From assembly GCF_001194135.2 (NCBI RefSeq), contig NC_068983.1:19982766-20046765 (forward strand): 64,000 nt of DNA, in the 5' to 3' direction. Shown here in pieces: positions 1-13,344 of this stretch. This DNA is from Octopus bimaculoides. Taxonomy: Eukaryota. A program made the translations under genes and the position numbers. The notes beneath the pieces were generated by a model. That model saw only the letters and a program-made list of their open reading frames with translations. It searched no databases and was not told the DNA's origin. Each line of letters starts with the position of its first letter. The first letter of the stretch is position 1.

Positions 1-242
1 GGTTACACGCAGTAGACCTCTCTAAGTAACAAGCCACTGGACCGACTTAAGTCAACTTAAACACACACACACGCACACACACACACACAAACACCCATAC
101 ACACAGACACGAACACACACAAGCACGGACACACATAAGTGTATATATGCATGTATGTGTGCATGCACGCGAGCGTGTGTGTTTATGCATGTATTAATAT
201 TATTACTATTAACCGCCGGGGAATCGTGAATATGTATAGGCG

Positions 243-650
243 CAGGCGAGGCTGTGTGGTAAGAAGCTTGCTTCCCAACAACATGATCCAAGGTTTAGTC
301 CCACTGCATGGCACCTTCAGTAAGCATCTATAACCTCAGACCGACAAAAGCCTTGTGAGTGAATTTGTTAGACAGAAATTGAATGAAGGTCGTCGTATAT
401 ATGTGTGTGTGTGCGCGCGCGTATATGTATGTTTTTGGGGTCTATGTTTGTCCCACTACCACCGCTTGCCAAATTATCTTCGTGTGTTTACGACCTCGTA
501 ATCTAGCGGCTCGGCAAAATAAACTGATAAAATAAGTACCAGACTTTAAAAAAGATATACTGTGATTGATTCATCCGACTAGAAATTCTTCGAGGCATTC
601 CCCCTCATAGCTGCTGTTTAATGACTGAAACTGCTAAAAGATGAAAGAGA
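243..650 (+). mobile_element. tRNA-derived SINE, family B (diverged near-full copy with internal (TG)n)
   Basis: Head GGCTGTGTGGTAAGAAGCTTGCTTCCCAAC is tRNA-like. Aligns by eye along its length to the better-preserved copy at 49385-49810. Confidence 0.8.
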
Positions 651-702
651 ACAGAACGTTTCACAACACCGATTATTCCAACGATTGAAGTAAAGATACG
701 TC

Positions 703-934
703 ATATTTCTTTATTGCCCACAAGGGGCTAAACATAGAGGGGACAAAGAAGGACAGACAAAGGAATTAAGTCGATTACATCGACCCCAGTGCGGAACTGA
801 TACTTAATTTATCGATCCTGATAGGATGAAAGGCAAAGTCGACCTCGGCGGAAGTTGAACTCAAAAAGTAAAGACAGATGAAATACCGCTAAGCATTTTG
901 CCCGGCGTGCTAACGTTTCTGCCAGCTCCCCGCC
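703..934 (-). mobile_element. tRNA-derived SINE, family A (tail type 1)
   Basis: Reverse complement aligns to 59971-60203 and 55605-55839, with A-box-like TGGCAGAAACGTTAG and B-box-like GAGTTCAA. Confidence 0.88.
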
Positions 935-1684
935 ACCCCTATAAATCATTCCGATATATAAGTAACAATATCTGCAGACGTATAGTAATACCGTGAATCA
1001 GCAATGTATAGAAATTTGGATGTTCTCGGCAAATCATTCCAGAATGCTCCGGGCGTTCATATATTCAATTGTCATAACGAAAGATATAGTCTTCTATTAA
1101 TGACACAAAATAGACGCTATGTTTATGTTGCAGACATCGCCTTTTTTATAATACACGTATGCAAGAAAAATTACTCACTGTAAATCAAATTTACGTGTTA
1201 GTGAATAAATTTTAAAGTGTTCTTCATCAATGAACTAACCAATTGCTTGATCAAAATTCCTCAATCAATAGTGTTGTATCAATTAATCGATTTCCTTCTA
1301 CCAAATTGTGACAAGCTGTAGTTCAACCGTATATCATTCTGTGTGACAGAGCCCTCATCGTTTCGAGCCTTTTATCTGAAATGAAGCGAAGATTCACAAG
1401 CATTTGAATAGTGATGTTGCAAGTCGTTTTTATGTTACAGAATGTATGAATATGCGGTAACATTTTTATTGTAAAAGGTTTGCGTGTACCCTATGAACTT
1501 AAAGACGTGCTTTTAAGAGATTACACATTACGTTTGTTACAATTATACGGAGCGACAAAGTATTACAGTACTTCAACAACAAAATTTCCTTTTGCTTATT
1601 ATTTCTAAAATATGAAGTAATATTTTTGATGCAGCTGTAGAACATCCTAAAATTGCGTTTATCAAATATCTATTTTCTTAGATA

Positions 1685-1686
1685 GG

Positions 1687-1747
<61 letters not shown>
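1685..1747. repeat. (GATA)n microsatellite
   Basis: Direct tetranucleotide array. Others at about 10443-10490, 20571-20770, 23925-24056, 42540-42600, 59880-59970, 60657-60712. Confidence 0.95.
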
Positions 1748-2059
1748 TAACAATCTATAATATTTTTTGTACTAGAGCTTCCATGGCGTGTAGCCCCTCT
1801 TTCAGACAAGTCACATGGGCCTGACTTGTTTGATTTATTGAAAATATGGTTTATTGAAAATATGGTTATACTTATAAAGGATATTCCTTTATAAGGTTTA
1901 GGAATATCCAGGTAATATGAAACGATTACTTACAATGGAAAGAAGATTATGCGATGTAATATTTCGTTCAATATTTTTCCTCTGTGGATATTTTTATTGT
2001 TCTGTATGTAAAGTATCCTGCTCTTCAGTTTTCTTACTTTTAAAGCAACACTGTTAACG

Positions 2060-2620
2060 TTGCTAACTGATATATGATTCTTTGCTTTGTTTGCTACAGC
2101 AAAATTATTTCTAATAGTTTAGATTCGGTTCTTGTGTGACCCTTAAATCTAACAGTTTCAACATTTTGATAAAACCCTTCAAGCAGCATTTATTATATCA
2201 CTATAATCTCTTCAGAAAAAGAACAAACCACCATCACGTTGAAAATCCGGGACGCGCGGATCGAAATCTGCGCTAAAATAAGTCTAAGACTTGAATGTAG
2301 CCATTTCAAAAACCTCAGTACTATCGTATGATCCTATGGATAGTTCAAACAATTCATGGTCACATTTCGTAAATAAATCGTCATAATATAGCAACGGATG
2401 TTTTCGTGCAATAATATTAAAGCCCTTAGCACTAATTGGATCAAAAAAGGAACGAAACAACTATTTAATTCTAAAAGTTCTTTGAAGATTGTATTTAGTT
2501 GTACACTAAAAGAACTGTACTGTATCGAACTGCATCAATTACAGACGGTACTTATTGTCATTATTTCTGAAAGATCTGATAAGAGTATAAACAATTCTTC
2601 TGTGCTCAGAGTTGTAAATG
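2060..2620 (-). mobile_element. Decayed Penelope-like element reverse transcriptase remnant
   Basis: Manual minus-strand translation with stops and frameshifts gives LMQFDTVQFF, IIARKHPLL, LFELSIGSYDSTEVFEM, FQRDGGL and KGFIKMLKLLDLRVTQE. These match, in order, the Penelope-like RT pattern QFDIxxFY ... FDVTMGSYDGAEVCE ... LYRDDGL ... KIIKIFKxxGLKIT. Confidence 0.68.
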
Positions 2621-2747
2621 AGGGAATCGAAAATATTGGTTATGTATATGAAATATTTAAATCTACGTATTATAATATAAGTGTGCGTCGTGTGTATGTT
2701 TAATATATGACAATATATACATATAGAATACATTTCTATGCATAGAC

Positions 2748-2807
<60 letters not shown>

Positions 2808-2888
2808 ACAAACACGCATATATATACACCTTAATTTATATATATGTACGCATATATGTGTATATCGATGTATGCATAAATATCTGTA

Positions 2889-3200
2889 TGTAAGCCTAGT
2901 ACTTATTCTGTCGGCGTTTTTTGCTGAACAGCTAAGTTATGGTGACATAAACACATTAGCATCGGTCGACAAGTGATGGCGGGGGAACAAAGAGAAACAC
3001 GCACACACACACACACACGCACAAAATATACATAAATACATATATATATATATATATATGACGGGCTTCTTCCAGTTTTACAAGGCTTTACTCAGCCCGA
3101 GGCTATTGTAGAAAATAGTAAATAGCTACCCAAGGTGCCAAGCATTGGGACTGAACCTGAAACCATGTGGTTGGGAAACAAGGTTCTTACTACACAGCCA
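2889..3200 (-). mobile_element. SINE family B, split by (CA)n/(AT)n
   Basis: Reverse complement of both halves matches 49385-49810. Confidence 0.8.
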
Positions 3201-3467
3201 CCCCAAAAATATACACATATATGCATATATATGTATGCATATATATATATGTATATATATTTATAGACATATATACATATGTGTGTGTGTGTGTGTGTGT
3301 TTATACACATACTTGCACACACACACAAACACACACAACAGAAATTATGTGATATATATATGTATATATGTATCTATCTATCTATATATATATTTTTTTC
3401 TTTTTTTTCTTTTTTTATATANNNNNNNNNNNNNNNNNNNNNNNNNNNNNNNNNNNNNNNNNNNNNN

Positions 3468-3510
<43 letters not shown>

Positions 3511-4230
3511 CCTGGATAACAGACCACAATATATTGTGATCGGTGGAATCCACTCAAACCCAGCTGTTTCCTTCAGGGGACTGTCTTGGATCCGTTTCAT
3601 TTTGTAGTCTATATCAACGACCTTTCGGGCGTCGTAAAACACAGCAAAACGAAAATATTTGCTGATGACTCCAAGCTCTAGAAAATTATTAATGAAGAAG
3701 AAGACCGAACTCACGTCCAGTCTGATCTACTTGATGTAAGTCAATGGGTATATAAAAAGAAAATGTAACTAAACGAGGGAAAATTTGAGCTGATACATTT
3801 TTGGAAGAAATACTATGTTGAAACAGCCATACACTCTTCCTTCAGGGGAACCACTAACAGCATCTAATAATATCAGAGGCCTATGAGTAATTGTTAATAA
3901 CAATCTGAGCTGGAGTGCCCACATGAATAGTAAGGTCGTTAAGCTCCTGGATCCTAAGTACATTGCGGTCCAGAGAACAAGGTGTCATCATTCCTCTGTT
4001 CCCCTCCTTTGTACGGTCACACCTCGAATACTGCTGCCCCATGTATTCTCCCCATAAAAAAAAACAAAACATTTCTAAAATTGAATCCCCGCTTGAGGTC
4101 ATTCACTAAAAGAATTAAGGGCATGACTGATCTCGATTACTGGGACCGCCTGAAAACATTGAAAATCTATTCCGTCCAGCGCCAACGTGAGCAATATATC
4201 ATTTGCACGATGCTGAGAATAGACCACCAG
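3511..4230 (+). mobile_element. CR1/L2-like LINE reverse transcriptase remnant (pseudogenised)
   Basis: Frameshifted translation gives QGTVLDPFHFVVYINDL, IFADDSKL, FVRSHLEYCCPMYSP and RSFTKRIKGMTDLDYWDRLKTLKIYSVQRQRE, which are hallmark CR1/L2-group RT and C-terminal motifs. Confidence 0.88.
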
Positions 4231-4467
4231 CATTGTCAAAACGACCTGGAAAATACGAAAACTAAAAAAAGCCGCACATATGCTAGGACACAACAACCTC
4301 CTAAGCAGACCGAGTGCAAATATCAGCAGCATATAGGAACCGGTATTAAGGAAGGATGGAAAAATATTAGATTTTTAAGCCCTAAAATTCACTCAATAAT
4401 TGCTCACAGGCATACTAACCCTAAGATTCCGAGTTCGATTCAAAGCAGTGACCTGAACACTAATAAT

Positions 4468-4660
4468 AATAATAATAACAAAAGCAACAAAATCGAAAAA
4501 TACCTTAGGAATGAGAACCCAGGTTCGAAATTTCCCCAAGACACCTGAAGAAGACTGGAGAGTATATATCAGCTGTAATGTGTTAACAACAAACAGGATG
4601 AGCGCAAATATCCGTCGAAAGTAAATAATGTACAGAATTCCTCATCTCTTAAATATAGAA
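4468..4660 (+). repeat. Interspersed repeat, copy 1, with decayed hammerhead-like motif (possibly a Penelope-like terminus)
   Basis: About 190 bp highly similar to 12312-12516 (CGAAAAATACCTTAGGAATGAGAACCCAG...CCTCATCTCTTAAATATAGAACTG). Confidence 0.85.
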
Positions 4661-7596
4661 CTGACGTATCGATGTTTTTCAATATTTTTCTTCCCATAAG
4701 CATGGTCTATTGCTGAGATTTAAGCCAAAAATTCAGTCTCTCCGTATTTTAAACTGTGGTCTTTTAAAGAATCGATATTTTTTTTTTTAAATAAAAAAAC
4801 AAGTTTCGAAATTTAAATTTCATGGTAACATAGGTTCGCAGGCAAAATGCATTGTTTAGCTATAAATTACAAATTAGCACGAAGCGTAAGTATGAAGAAA
4901 AGCATCAACCTGCTTGAAATAAGAGCTTAAGTCTTAATTAAACCACTGTAAAGCACCAATATGAAAGAGAAATCACAGTGGGCGAGGAAACGGAAATAAT
5001 TAATACATTCAAAAGCACACCAATTAGAAATTATGCAGTTTAGTATATCCACTTACCTGGGTTTCGGCTTTTGGAAATTCAATCCTTGAGCCTATTCAGT
5101 GAAGACCACCTAGTGACAAATTATTTCAAATCTTAGAGTTTGAATGTTTTGTTTACAAATATTTCTGCATTATGTGCTGTTTTTAGTGCAAAACAAAGCC
5201 AGTGTACTAACGGAATATAACGTGACGTGATAATATGGATATTCTAAACTGCATAATTTTTCATAGTTGAGCTTTTGAATGTATTAATTCCTTCCGTTTT
5301 CTCGCCTACTATTATTTATCTGTTATCTTGGTGCTTTAAGGTGGTTTAATTAAGACTTTAGCACTTATTTCTAGCAGGTTGATGTTTTCTGCAACCTTAC
5401 GCTTCGTGCTAATTTGTAATTTATATATATACGTATATATATANNNNNNNNNNNNNNNNNNNNNNNNNNNNNNNNNNNNNNNNNNNNNNNNNNNNNNNNN
5501 NNNNNNNNNNNNNNNNNNNNNNNNNNNNNNNNNNNNNNNNNNNNNNNNNNNNNNNNNNNNNNNNNNNNNNNNNNNNNNNNNNNNNNNNNNNNNNNNNNNN
5601 NNNNNNNNNNNNNNNNNNNNNNNNNNNNNNNNNNNNNNNNNNNNNNNNNNNNNNNNNNNNNNNNNNNNNNNNNNNNNNNNNNNNNNNNNNNNNNNNNNNN
5701 NNNNNNNNNNNNNNNNNNNNNNNNNNNNNNNNNNNNNNNNNNNNNNNNNNNNNNNNNNNNNNNNNNNNNNNNNNNNNNNNNNNNNNNNNNNNNNNNNNNN
5801 NNNNNNNNNNNNNNNNNNNNNNNNNNNNNNNNNNNNNNNNNNNNNNNNNNNNNNNNNNNNNNNNNNNNNNNNNNNNATTGTGTATTTTTGTATGGTACAA
5901 CAATGCACTATAATACAAAAATGGATTATATACCTGTTGTAATTCAGTTATCCATAGTCCGATGATATTTCGGAATAAAATTCCTTCTTCGGATATTCTT
6001 AGATGGAGTCGCTAACTGGTATATAGTCCATTTTTTGGTACTATAGTGCATTGTTGTATCATTCTAAACTTTTTATTCTTTATATATATATATATATATA
6101 TATATTCATTGGAGTTGGCAACAATTGTGTTTGGAAAATGTTGCCCCCTGTATCTTTAATTGCCCTATATCTTTTTCAGCAGCGATAAGTTACTCATTGC
6201 TATTATTTCTTGATGCTACTCAGAAATGACAATGGTCTCAGCGGACATCTTTTAACCATTCAGAAAGAAAACCAAAACAATTATCTCTTGCGAATCGAAC
6301 ATGTAATGTAATATTACTTCACAGCGTGCTTGCCAACACAGCAAAATAGCTGTTCAGTTATTCAGGATATAACCCAGCATCTTAACAACTTTAAGACGTG
6401 GGTTAATACATAACATGTAGGTTTCACGTTTCTCATCATTGCCCATACGTTCGTTCACTTTCTGATTAATATTTAATGTGAATTTTATGACTTCTCGAAA
6501 ATTATTCTTTCAGTTCTGTTTTCTTCAGTTTTGATTCCATGTCCGTCCCCAGAGTAATATCCGATCAATTTTGTATTCTTCTTAATTGATATTTTAATTA
6601 AGGCATCCGGCAATTATTCTTCATTAAGAAGAAATCCGAGACAATATATTCTTTTGTGATTTTGCTGTGTTATTAATATCAACACATCAGAGCAGAAGCA
6701 TATACATACACACGCACACACACATACACACACACATTCACACATACATGCACACACACACACTAACCCACACTCACACTCGTGCAAAAACGTACATGCA
6801 CTCAGTTTCTCCATAAACAGACCTTAGCTAATATGTACTCTTATAAGCCCCAACTGACTCATCTCTAGAATCCGTTTCCTATTAGAGACTATAATTGCTG
6901 TGTTTGCCGTGGGGTCTCTCTCTCTCCCTCTTCGTCCATCTCTCTTTCTCTCTACTTCTCTCTGTGCAATCTCCTATTTATTGCCTGTTGTTTGTTGTTT
7001 ATGCAAACGTTTAACATACCCCTCATAACACACACATCCTTCTTCCTACTGATTGCCTACTCACTGCCAATTCTAAGAGCACAGCCTTGTTTCAACATTT
7101 TCCTTACACTTATCCATTTCAAAAACAACAAAAACTTACTCAAACATGTGATGAATAAGGTAGAAAAGACAATCTTTAATGGAGGCATTACAACCACATC
7201 ATTTTCCCGAGCATAAAAGCGCATTATCAACCAAAAACGAATAAGCATATCAAAGAACACGTACTTGAAACAGTTGCTACAAAAGCTTAAAATAGCTGCT
7301 AAACCCCAAAATCTTTTATGGTTATCTTTTAATCTTTTCATATTTTACTTGTTTCGGTCATTGAACTGCTCTTATACTGGGTCATCGCCTTTTTAAATCC
7401 GGTACATATATTAGTCGTTTTTGTCGACCTAAGCAGACCAGAAATATTTGTCAAATTATAAAGAAGAAACTCAAATACAAACACACACGTACATCAAATA
7501 TAGGTGTGTGTAAAAGAGAAAGAGAGGGAGAGAGAAAAAGAGAGGGAGAAAGAGAGAGAGAGAGAGAGAGAGGGGGGAGAGANNNNNNNNNNAGAA

Positions 7597-7647
<51 letters not shown>

Positions 7648-7848
7648 AAGATAGACAAACAGTTCGGAAAAAGATATCGATAGAATACATACAAGAAGTC
7701 TTAAAAACTTCGTCATACAAATTTACCCCAGGACAGATTTGTATGACGAAACATACCGTAGGTGCTGTAGCATGGCCGCAGTCCAAAGACTGAAACAATT
7801 AATTCATAAGAGACACACATTCACACATGTGTATATGTATGTATGTAT

Positions 7849-7905
7849 ATCTATTTCTAGCATATAGGAGTCCACTTTTGCTGGTCATCCCTCTTATTTT
7901 TGTAT
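7849..7905 (+). repeat. Short interspersed repeat fragment shared with 23339-23395
   Basis: ATCTATTTCTAGCATATAGGAGTCCACTTTTG is identical at both sites and both abut microsatellites. Confidence 0.8.
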
Positions 7906-8544
7906 GAACGTGCTTATCATAGGTGACTGTCTCTCCAGTGTTCTTTACCACTCGTGGTAAAATTTATATAACACCTGCTTAAAATGACCATATCCTTAAA
8001 GTAACTGTGATGACAGAATTTTAATATCATTACTCAACAGGTCTCATTTATATCGCCCTCCCAGACAATTTCGCCTGTTCTTATTCTCTCTTTCTTTTTT
8101 CTAGTTCCCTTCCCTGGCTTTAACCTTAATGTAATTTTCCTCTACCAGTGTCACACTATCACTTTTAGTTTCCCTTTTAGTTTCTTCTTTTACTTTCTTT
8201 CTTGTCTACAGTTTATATATTTTATTTTATTCTATTTCTTATGGATATTTAACAATAAAAACAATCATAGCTATACCTCATTCCCGAAATGAAGCGGGTA
8301 AATAACATGACTGCCCAAACTGAAGAACTTTAGCGAGACACCACTTTATGTATGAATGTACCTGTTGTGAAGTAGACTGCAAAATTGATCTAACATAGAA
8401 TGATGCACAACATCCCACCTATAATGGGCAGTCGCAGAATGGATTGAAATGATTGTTGTACAAAATAAAGAGCTGTACTAATACCATTATCAGTTTACTT
8501 AATCGATTATTACGTCCCTGTTATATTTTTGGGTTATACTTTTA

Positions 8545-8918
8545 TCTGTAAAGTACGTTTCATCTTTCCATTGCGGTTTTTGTAATGGAGTAATGTACTT
8601 ATTCTTCTATTTAAAAGATGCGTAAGGAATTATCCATAGGAATTATCCATAGGAATTATCCATAGGAATTATCCATAGTATGATGATTATTTGATTACGA
8701 TACACTTAGAGCATACCAACAACATACAATTCAACGTAACGCATGCTTTGAGCTAGCCCTTAGGTGCTAAATATACATAGGGTTAGTTTCTTTGAGTACA
8801 CAAACGGAATATCCTATTTGATACTTACCAACCATAAGCCAGGACCATAGGTTTATACAACCCTACCTGGTGCATATATTTTGAAATACCTGATTCTATC
8901 TGAATCCTTATTTTACTA
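8545..8918 (-). repeat. Interspersed repeat shared with 59418-59768, possibly a Penelope-like thumb-region remnant
   Basis: The two copies align over about 350 bp. Minus translation (GLWLVSIK*DIPFVYSKK; SSLQLFLMHLLNRRMRTLLHY) weakly resembles the Penelope-like thumb region. This copy has an internal 13-bp tandem (GGAATTATCCATA)x4. Confidence 0.7.
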
Positions 8919-8936
8919 TATGTATACATACATAAA

Positions 8937-8986
<50 letters not shown>

Positions 8987-10250
8987 TGTAGACATACATA
9001 TCATTCATACACACATACATGTATGCATACATACATACATAAACACATACATGCATATAAATGTATATGTGCATGTATCCCTGTTAAAATTAGATGTGAA
9101 GGACAAATAACTCTTATTAGGAACGATACAAAGACGTTCCAAATACGATTCCTTGATGACTCTATTGCAGATCGATCGCACACCGCATTACCTCACTAGT
9201 CACTTACAGTCATAGCGTGATGGTGGTACCTGTAATACTGTTAATTATTAATTAACAATTTTTTCACCTCATGGCATTTTTTATGCATGCTATGTCACGT
9301 GATATTATTGTAAGCAATAATATGCTTATATATATTTTTGTAATTTATCATTCACTCCGATCACCTCTTTAAACTTGCCACGGCATCAAAAACGGTTATC
9401 GCGCACATTTGTTGAGATGAGTCTGTTCTATGACAAGTGAGTCAGTGAAACTCACTGAGGAAAACTAAATGGCACCGCCACAAAGTTCGAAATTGTGACG
9501 ATGCGAGTATGTCTGGCTCTTCAATTTATGATTCTTTTCGTTATTGGTACGGAGGCTGAGAATTTTTGCTCAACATTCCGACTTCAGTTAAAATGTATCA
9601 ATGAAAGTTTGTGGTTGTAGTTGTTTTCTGACTGCTATTTTTAGCGTGCCAGCGCTACCTATACTACCCTTGATTATTAATTAAATATATGTGTGTGTGT
9701 GTTTGTGCATGTGTGTGGTTTGTGTGTATATGTATGTATATATATATATATATGTGTGTATGTGTTATACATAATTCCACAGCAATACTAAAAATGACAA
9801 GAGAAAATTTATTGCCGGAGAGAATCCATGCTAAATGTAGACTAATATATTATAATATTTCATTCGACACGTTGAACAAGATGTGAGGCGGAATTTGAAA
9901 TCCAGAAGTCCAAGACTTCGGGAAATTTTGGTAAAAATGCTTCAATAAATCAATATTAATGTTATCTAAATGTGTGTATATGTGTGTGTATGTATGAGTG
10001 TACATGTGTGTTTGCTTGTGCGTTTGTATGTAGGCGTGTGTTTGGTGTGGATGTGTTTTAATATATTTTAGGATGGTCACTCTAGCACAGAGAAGCACGC
10101 TTACCCGCCGTGGTTCACTTAATATCTGTTTATATTGTCAGAAATATTTCATCACACATCACATATAACCATAACCGTTTCAACTGTTTCAAATCCACCA
10201 GCCTAGGTTATGTTTTATATCTTTTATCTATATGTTTTCTCTGTCTGTCA

Positions 10251-10284
<34 letters not shown>

Positions 10285-10440
10285 ATGTCTGTCTCTCTCT
10301 CTCTCACTTTTTTTTTCTTATTTTGGCAGTATGATTGTTCTAAAATATAACACTGCTTTCCACACATGGTTTCAGCTCAAAATTTTTTCAAAGGAAATGC
10401 AAAAAATAATATATATATATATAAATACGTACATCTAAAT

Positions 10441-10490
<50 letters not shown>

Positions 10491-10755
10491 GAGTTGTGTG
10501 TGAATGTGCCACATTCACTCCATCGTTGTGTGAGCGTTTGTGCGTGTGCTTGTTTGTGTATGAGTGTGTGTGTGTGTATGTGTGTGTGTATGCGTGCATG
10601 ATTATATCAATATGTATATAAGTAAAAAAAATATTTACATCATTCTCAGAAGAAATATCATAGTCATCATTTAATTTTATGTTCTTGTATATTTATCTCT
10701 ATCTGCTTCCCTCTATCACTCTCCTCCTCGTCTCTCTCTCTCTCTNNNNNNNNNN

Positions 10756-10795
<40 letters not shown>

Positions 10796-10889
10796 ACTGT
10801 CTCTCCCCGTCCCTCACAGATTTGTATTGAGAAACGCCTGCACACATCCATAGACATATTCATTCGTTCATACACACATACACATATTG

Positions 10890-11240
10890 ATAATGACTGG
10901 TGTGGAACTTGCTTCCCAAACATATGGTTCTGGGTTCAATTCCACAGTTTGCAATTCTAATATAGCCCTAGCCTCAATAAAATTTTGTGAGTGGGTGCAG
11001 GAGACAGGATGTATGTATAATATACATACGTATGTATGATATATACATGTTTGTATGTTACCATGTGTGAGCTTCTTTCTCTCTCCAACCATTAACTGCT
11101 GTTACTTTCCTCATATCCCCATAACCTAGCGGTTGGGCAACAGGGACGAAAGAAATAAAAGCAAGATTTTACATATAAAAACAGTACAGGGGTCGATTCA
11201 TTTAACTAAAACCCTTGAAGATGTTCCAGCCTGGCCACAT
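10890..11240 (+). mobile_element. SINE family B, strongly diverged
   Basis: GCTTCCCAAACATATGGTTCTGGGTTCAATTCC head, and ACCTAGCGGTTGGGCAA...GGGGTCGATTCATTTAACTAAA tail. Confidence 0.6.
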
Positions 11241-12311
11241 TCCGCTTATGAAGACAACTTCTTACATAAAAGATATTCATATCTGTATATGTACATGTCG
11301 CTACATACGTTTACCTATCAATTTTATATATATATGCATGTGTGTGTGTTAGTGTGTGTGTGTGCACGCGCACGCGTTTGTAGGTAGGTAGGTAGGTAGG
11401 TAGGTAGGTAGGTAGGTAGGTAGGTGGGTAGGGATATAGGTATCTATACACGCACATGCATACATATACATATGTTATGCGCATGACGCTAGCTATCTTT
11501 GCTTTGTGTAGCACAATATTATATTTATAGAAAAATTATGTTGTCAAAGCATTTGGCAGATAGAATACTGTGGTTTTATAGCTTTTGGTGAAATGAGATA
11601 GAACACACAAAATATATCAAACTGTTTGCGAAGCTTACTTTACAATATATCATACATAACAAGTGGTTGTTTATACGTTGGACAGTGACGTTAAATATAA
11701 GCTGATGTACCTGCATTGCAATAAGTATGTAATATGTGTGTACATGAGTGTGCGTGTGTGTGTGTTTGGATGCATACATAACTGCACATATATAAACACA
11801 TATATAGACATACACACACACATGTATATATATATATATATATATNNNNNNNNNNNNNNNNNNNNNNNNNNNNNNNNNNNNNNNNNNNNNNNNNNNNNNN
11901 NNNNNNNNNNNNNNNNNNNNNNNNNNNNNNNNNNNNNNNNNNNNNNNNNNNNNNNNNNNNNNNNNNNNNNNNNNNNNNNNNNNNNNNNNNNNNNNNNNNN
12001 NNNNNNNNNNNNNNNNNNNNNNNNNNNNNNNNNNNNNNNNNNNNNNNNNNNNNNNNNNNNNNNNNNNNNNNNNNNNNNNNNNNNNNNNNNNNNNNNNNNN
12101 NNNNNNNNNNNNNNNNNNNNNNNNNNNNNNNNNNNNNNNNNNNNNNNNNNNNNNNNNNNNNNNNNNNNNNNNNNNNNNNNNNNNNNNNNNNNNNNNNNNN
12201 NNNNNNNNNNNNNNNNNNNNNNNCATCACAGCAAACCACAGCACATACCTAAGGCGCACAGAGCTGCGCTCGGTAGTGAAGTGAAAGCGCGTTATAAAAA
12301 TAAAACTACTG

Positions 12312-12516
12312 AACAATAATAATAATAACAACAACAACAACATCGAAAAATACCTTAGGAATGAGAACCCAGATTCGAAATTTCCCCAAGACACCTGATG
12401 AAGGCTGGAGGGAGGTATATCAGCCGAAACGTGTTAATAACAAACAAGATGAGGACAAATATCTGTCTAATTTAAATAATGTACATAATTCCTCATCTCT
12501 TAAATATAGAACTGTA
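12312..12516 (+). repeat. Interspersed repeat, copy 2, with hammerhead-like core CTGATGA-stem-GAAA
   Basis: Paralogous to 4468-4660. Motif ACAC CTGATGA A GGCTG..CAGCC GAAA C GTGT at 12391-12434. Confidence 0.85.
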
Positions 12517-13344
12517 TTATGTACATATGTATTATAGAATGAGGGAGAGAGATGCATGGGTGGGTGGTAACGATGCTCAGGTCGTAGGCACGCGGTTTCC
12601 AGTTCATTCCTGCTGTGCTGCACCTCACCTATAACTCAAGACCAACTAATGAACTGGAAGTGTATATTGTAGACACAAGTTATATGGAAGGTATTGGCAG
12701 ATACATATTTAAGAAATGTCTAGTTTTATTAGATCCTCCCAGCTTTACTGAAAGCGAATTTATATTAATAAATAATTACATTTTTTCATGAACAACATGA
12801 ATTCAACTGATGCAAACATGATTTCAGCTCATCAGGTCTCGTTTACTGTCATTTACCTATATACACATCGTAAGAAATTTATCGATGTCATTATTTTAAT
12901 TCGCCTATTCACTGAATATTCTACATACACCGATACTACGTCATATACTCGTTCTCAAGTTTTGGTAGCCATCTTTACTAACACGTAAACACAGCTTTCA
13001 CAAAATATTTTATTTATACAATCATCCACACATCACACACACATGCACACACACACATGCCCACACACTTGCACACACACATGCACACACACACATGCAG
13101 ACAGACAGACAAGTTGTTTCCCTTGTGAGCTAAGGTATACAAAGGGAGACAAACATTTTTTACATCTGAGGCAAAATTACTTATCTAAATTTGAAACAAA
13201 GGAATATTTGAAAACAAAGCATAGAACGCGCATATTCATTTTTTCGTTTACTCATGAAATTCTTACAATTACCTGTCAGTAATACATTATAGTGCTATTT
13301 CATTCTTGAGAAAAATCGTCGACATGACATACCTTACAGATAGA

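Noticed and set aside
8627-8680. CRISPR-like array (also 23725-23775 and the 61880 minisatellite)
   Set aside because: These are contiguous tandem repeats without unique spacers, in a eukaryotic context with no cas genes.
9452-9498. Hammerhead-like CTGAGGA...AACT/AGTT-C-GAAA
   Set aside because: It has an A-C mismatch at the base of stem II, only 3 bp of stem I, and no valid UH triplet (TTG follows GAAA). It is too weak to separate from chance.
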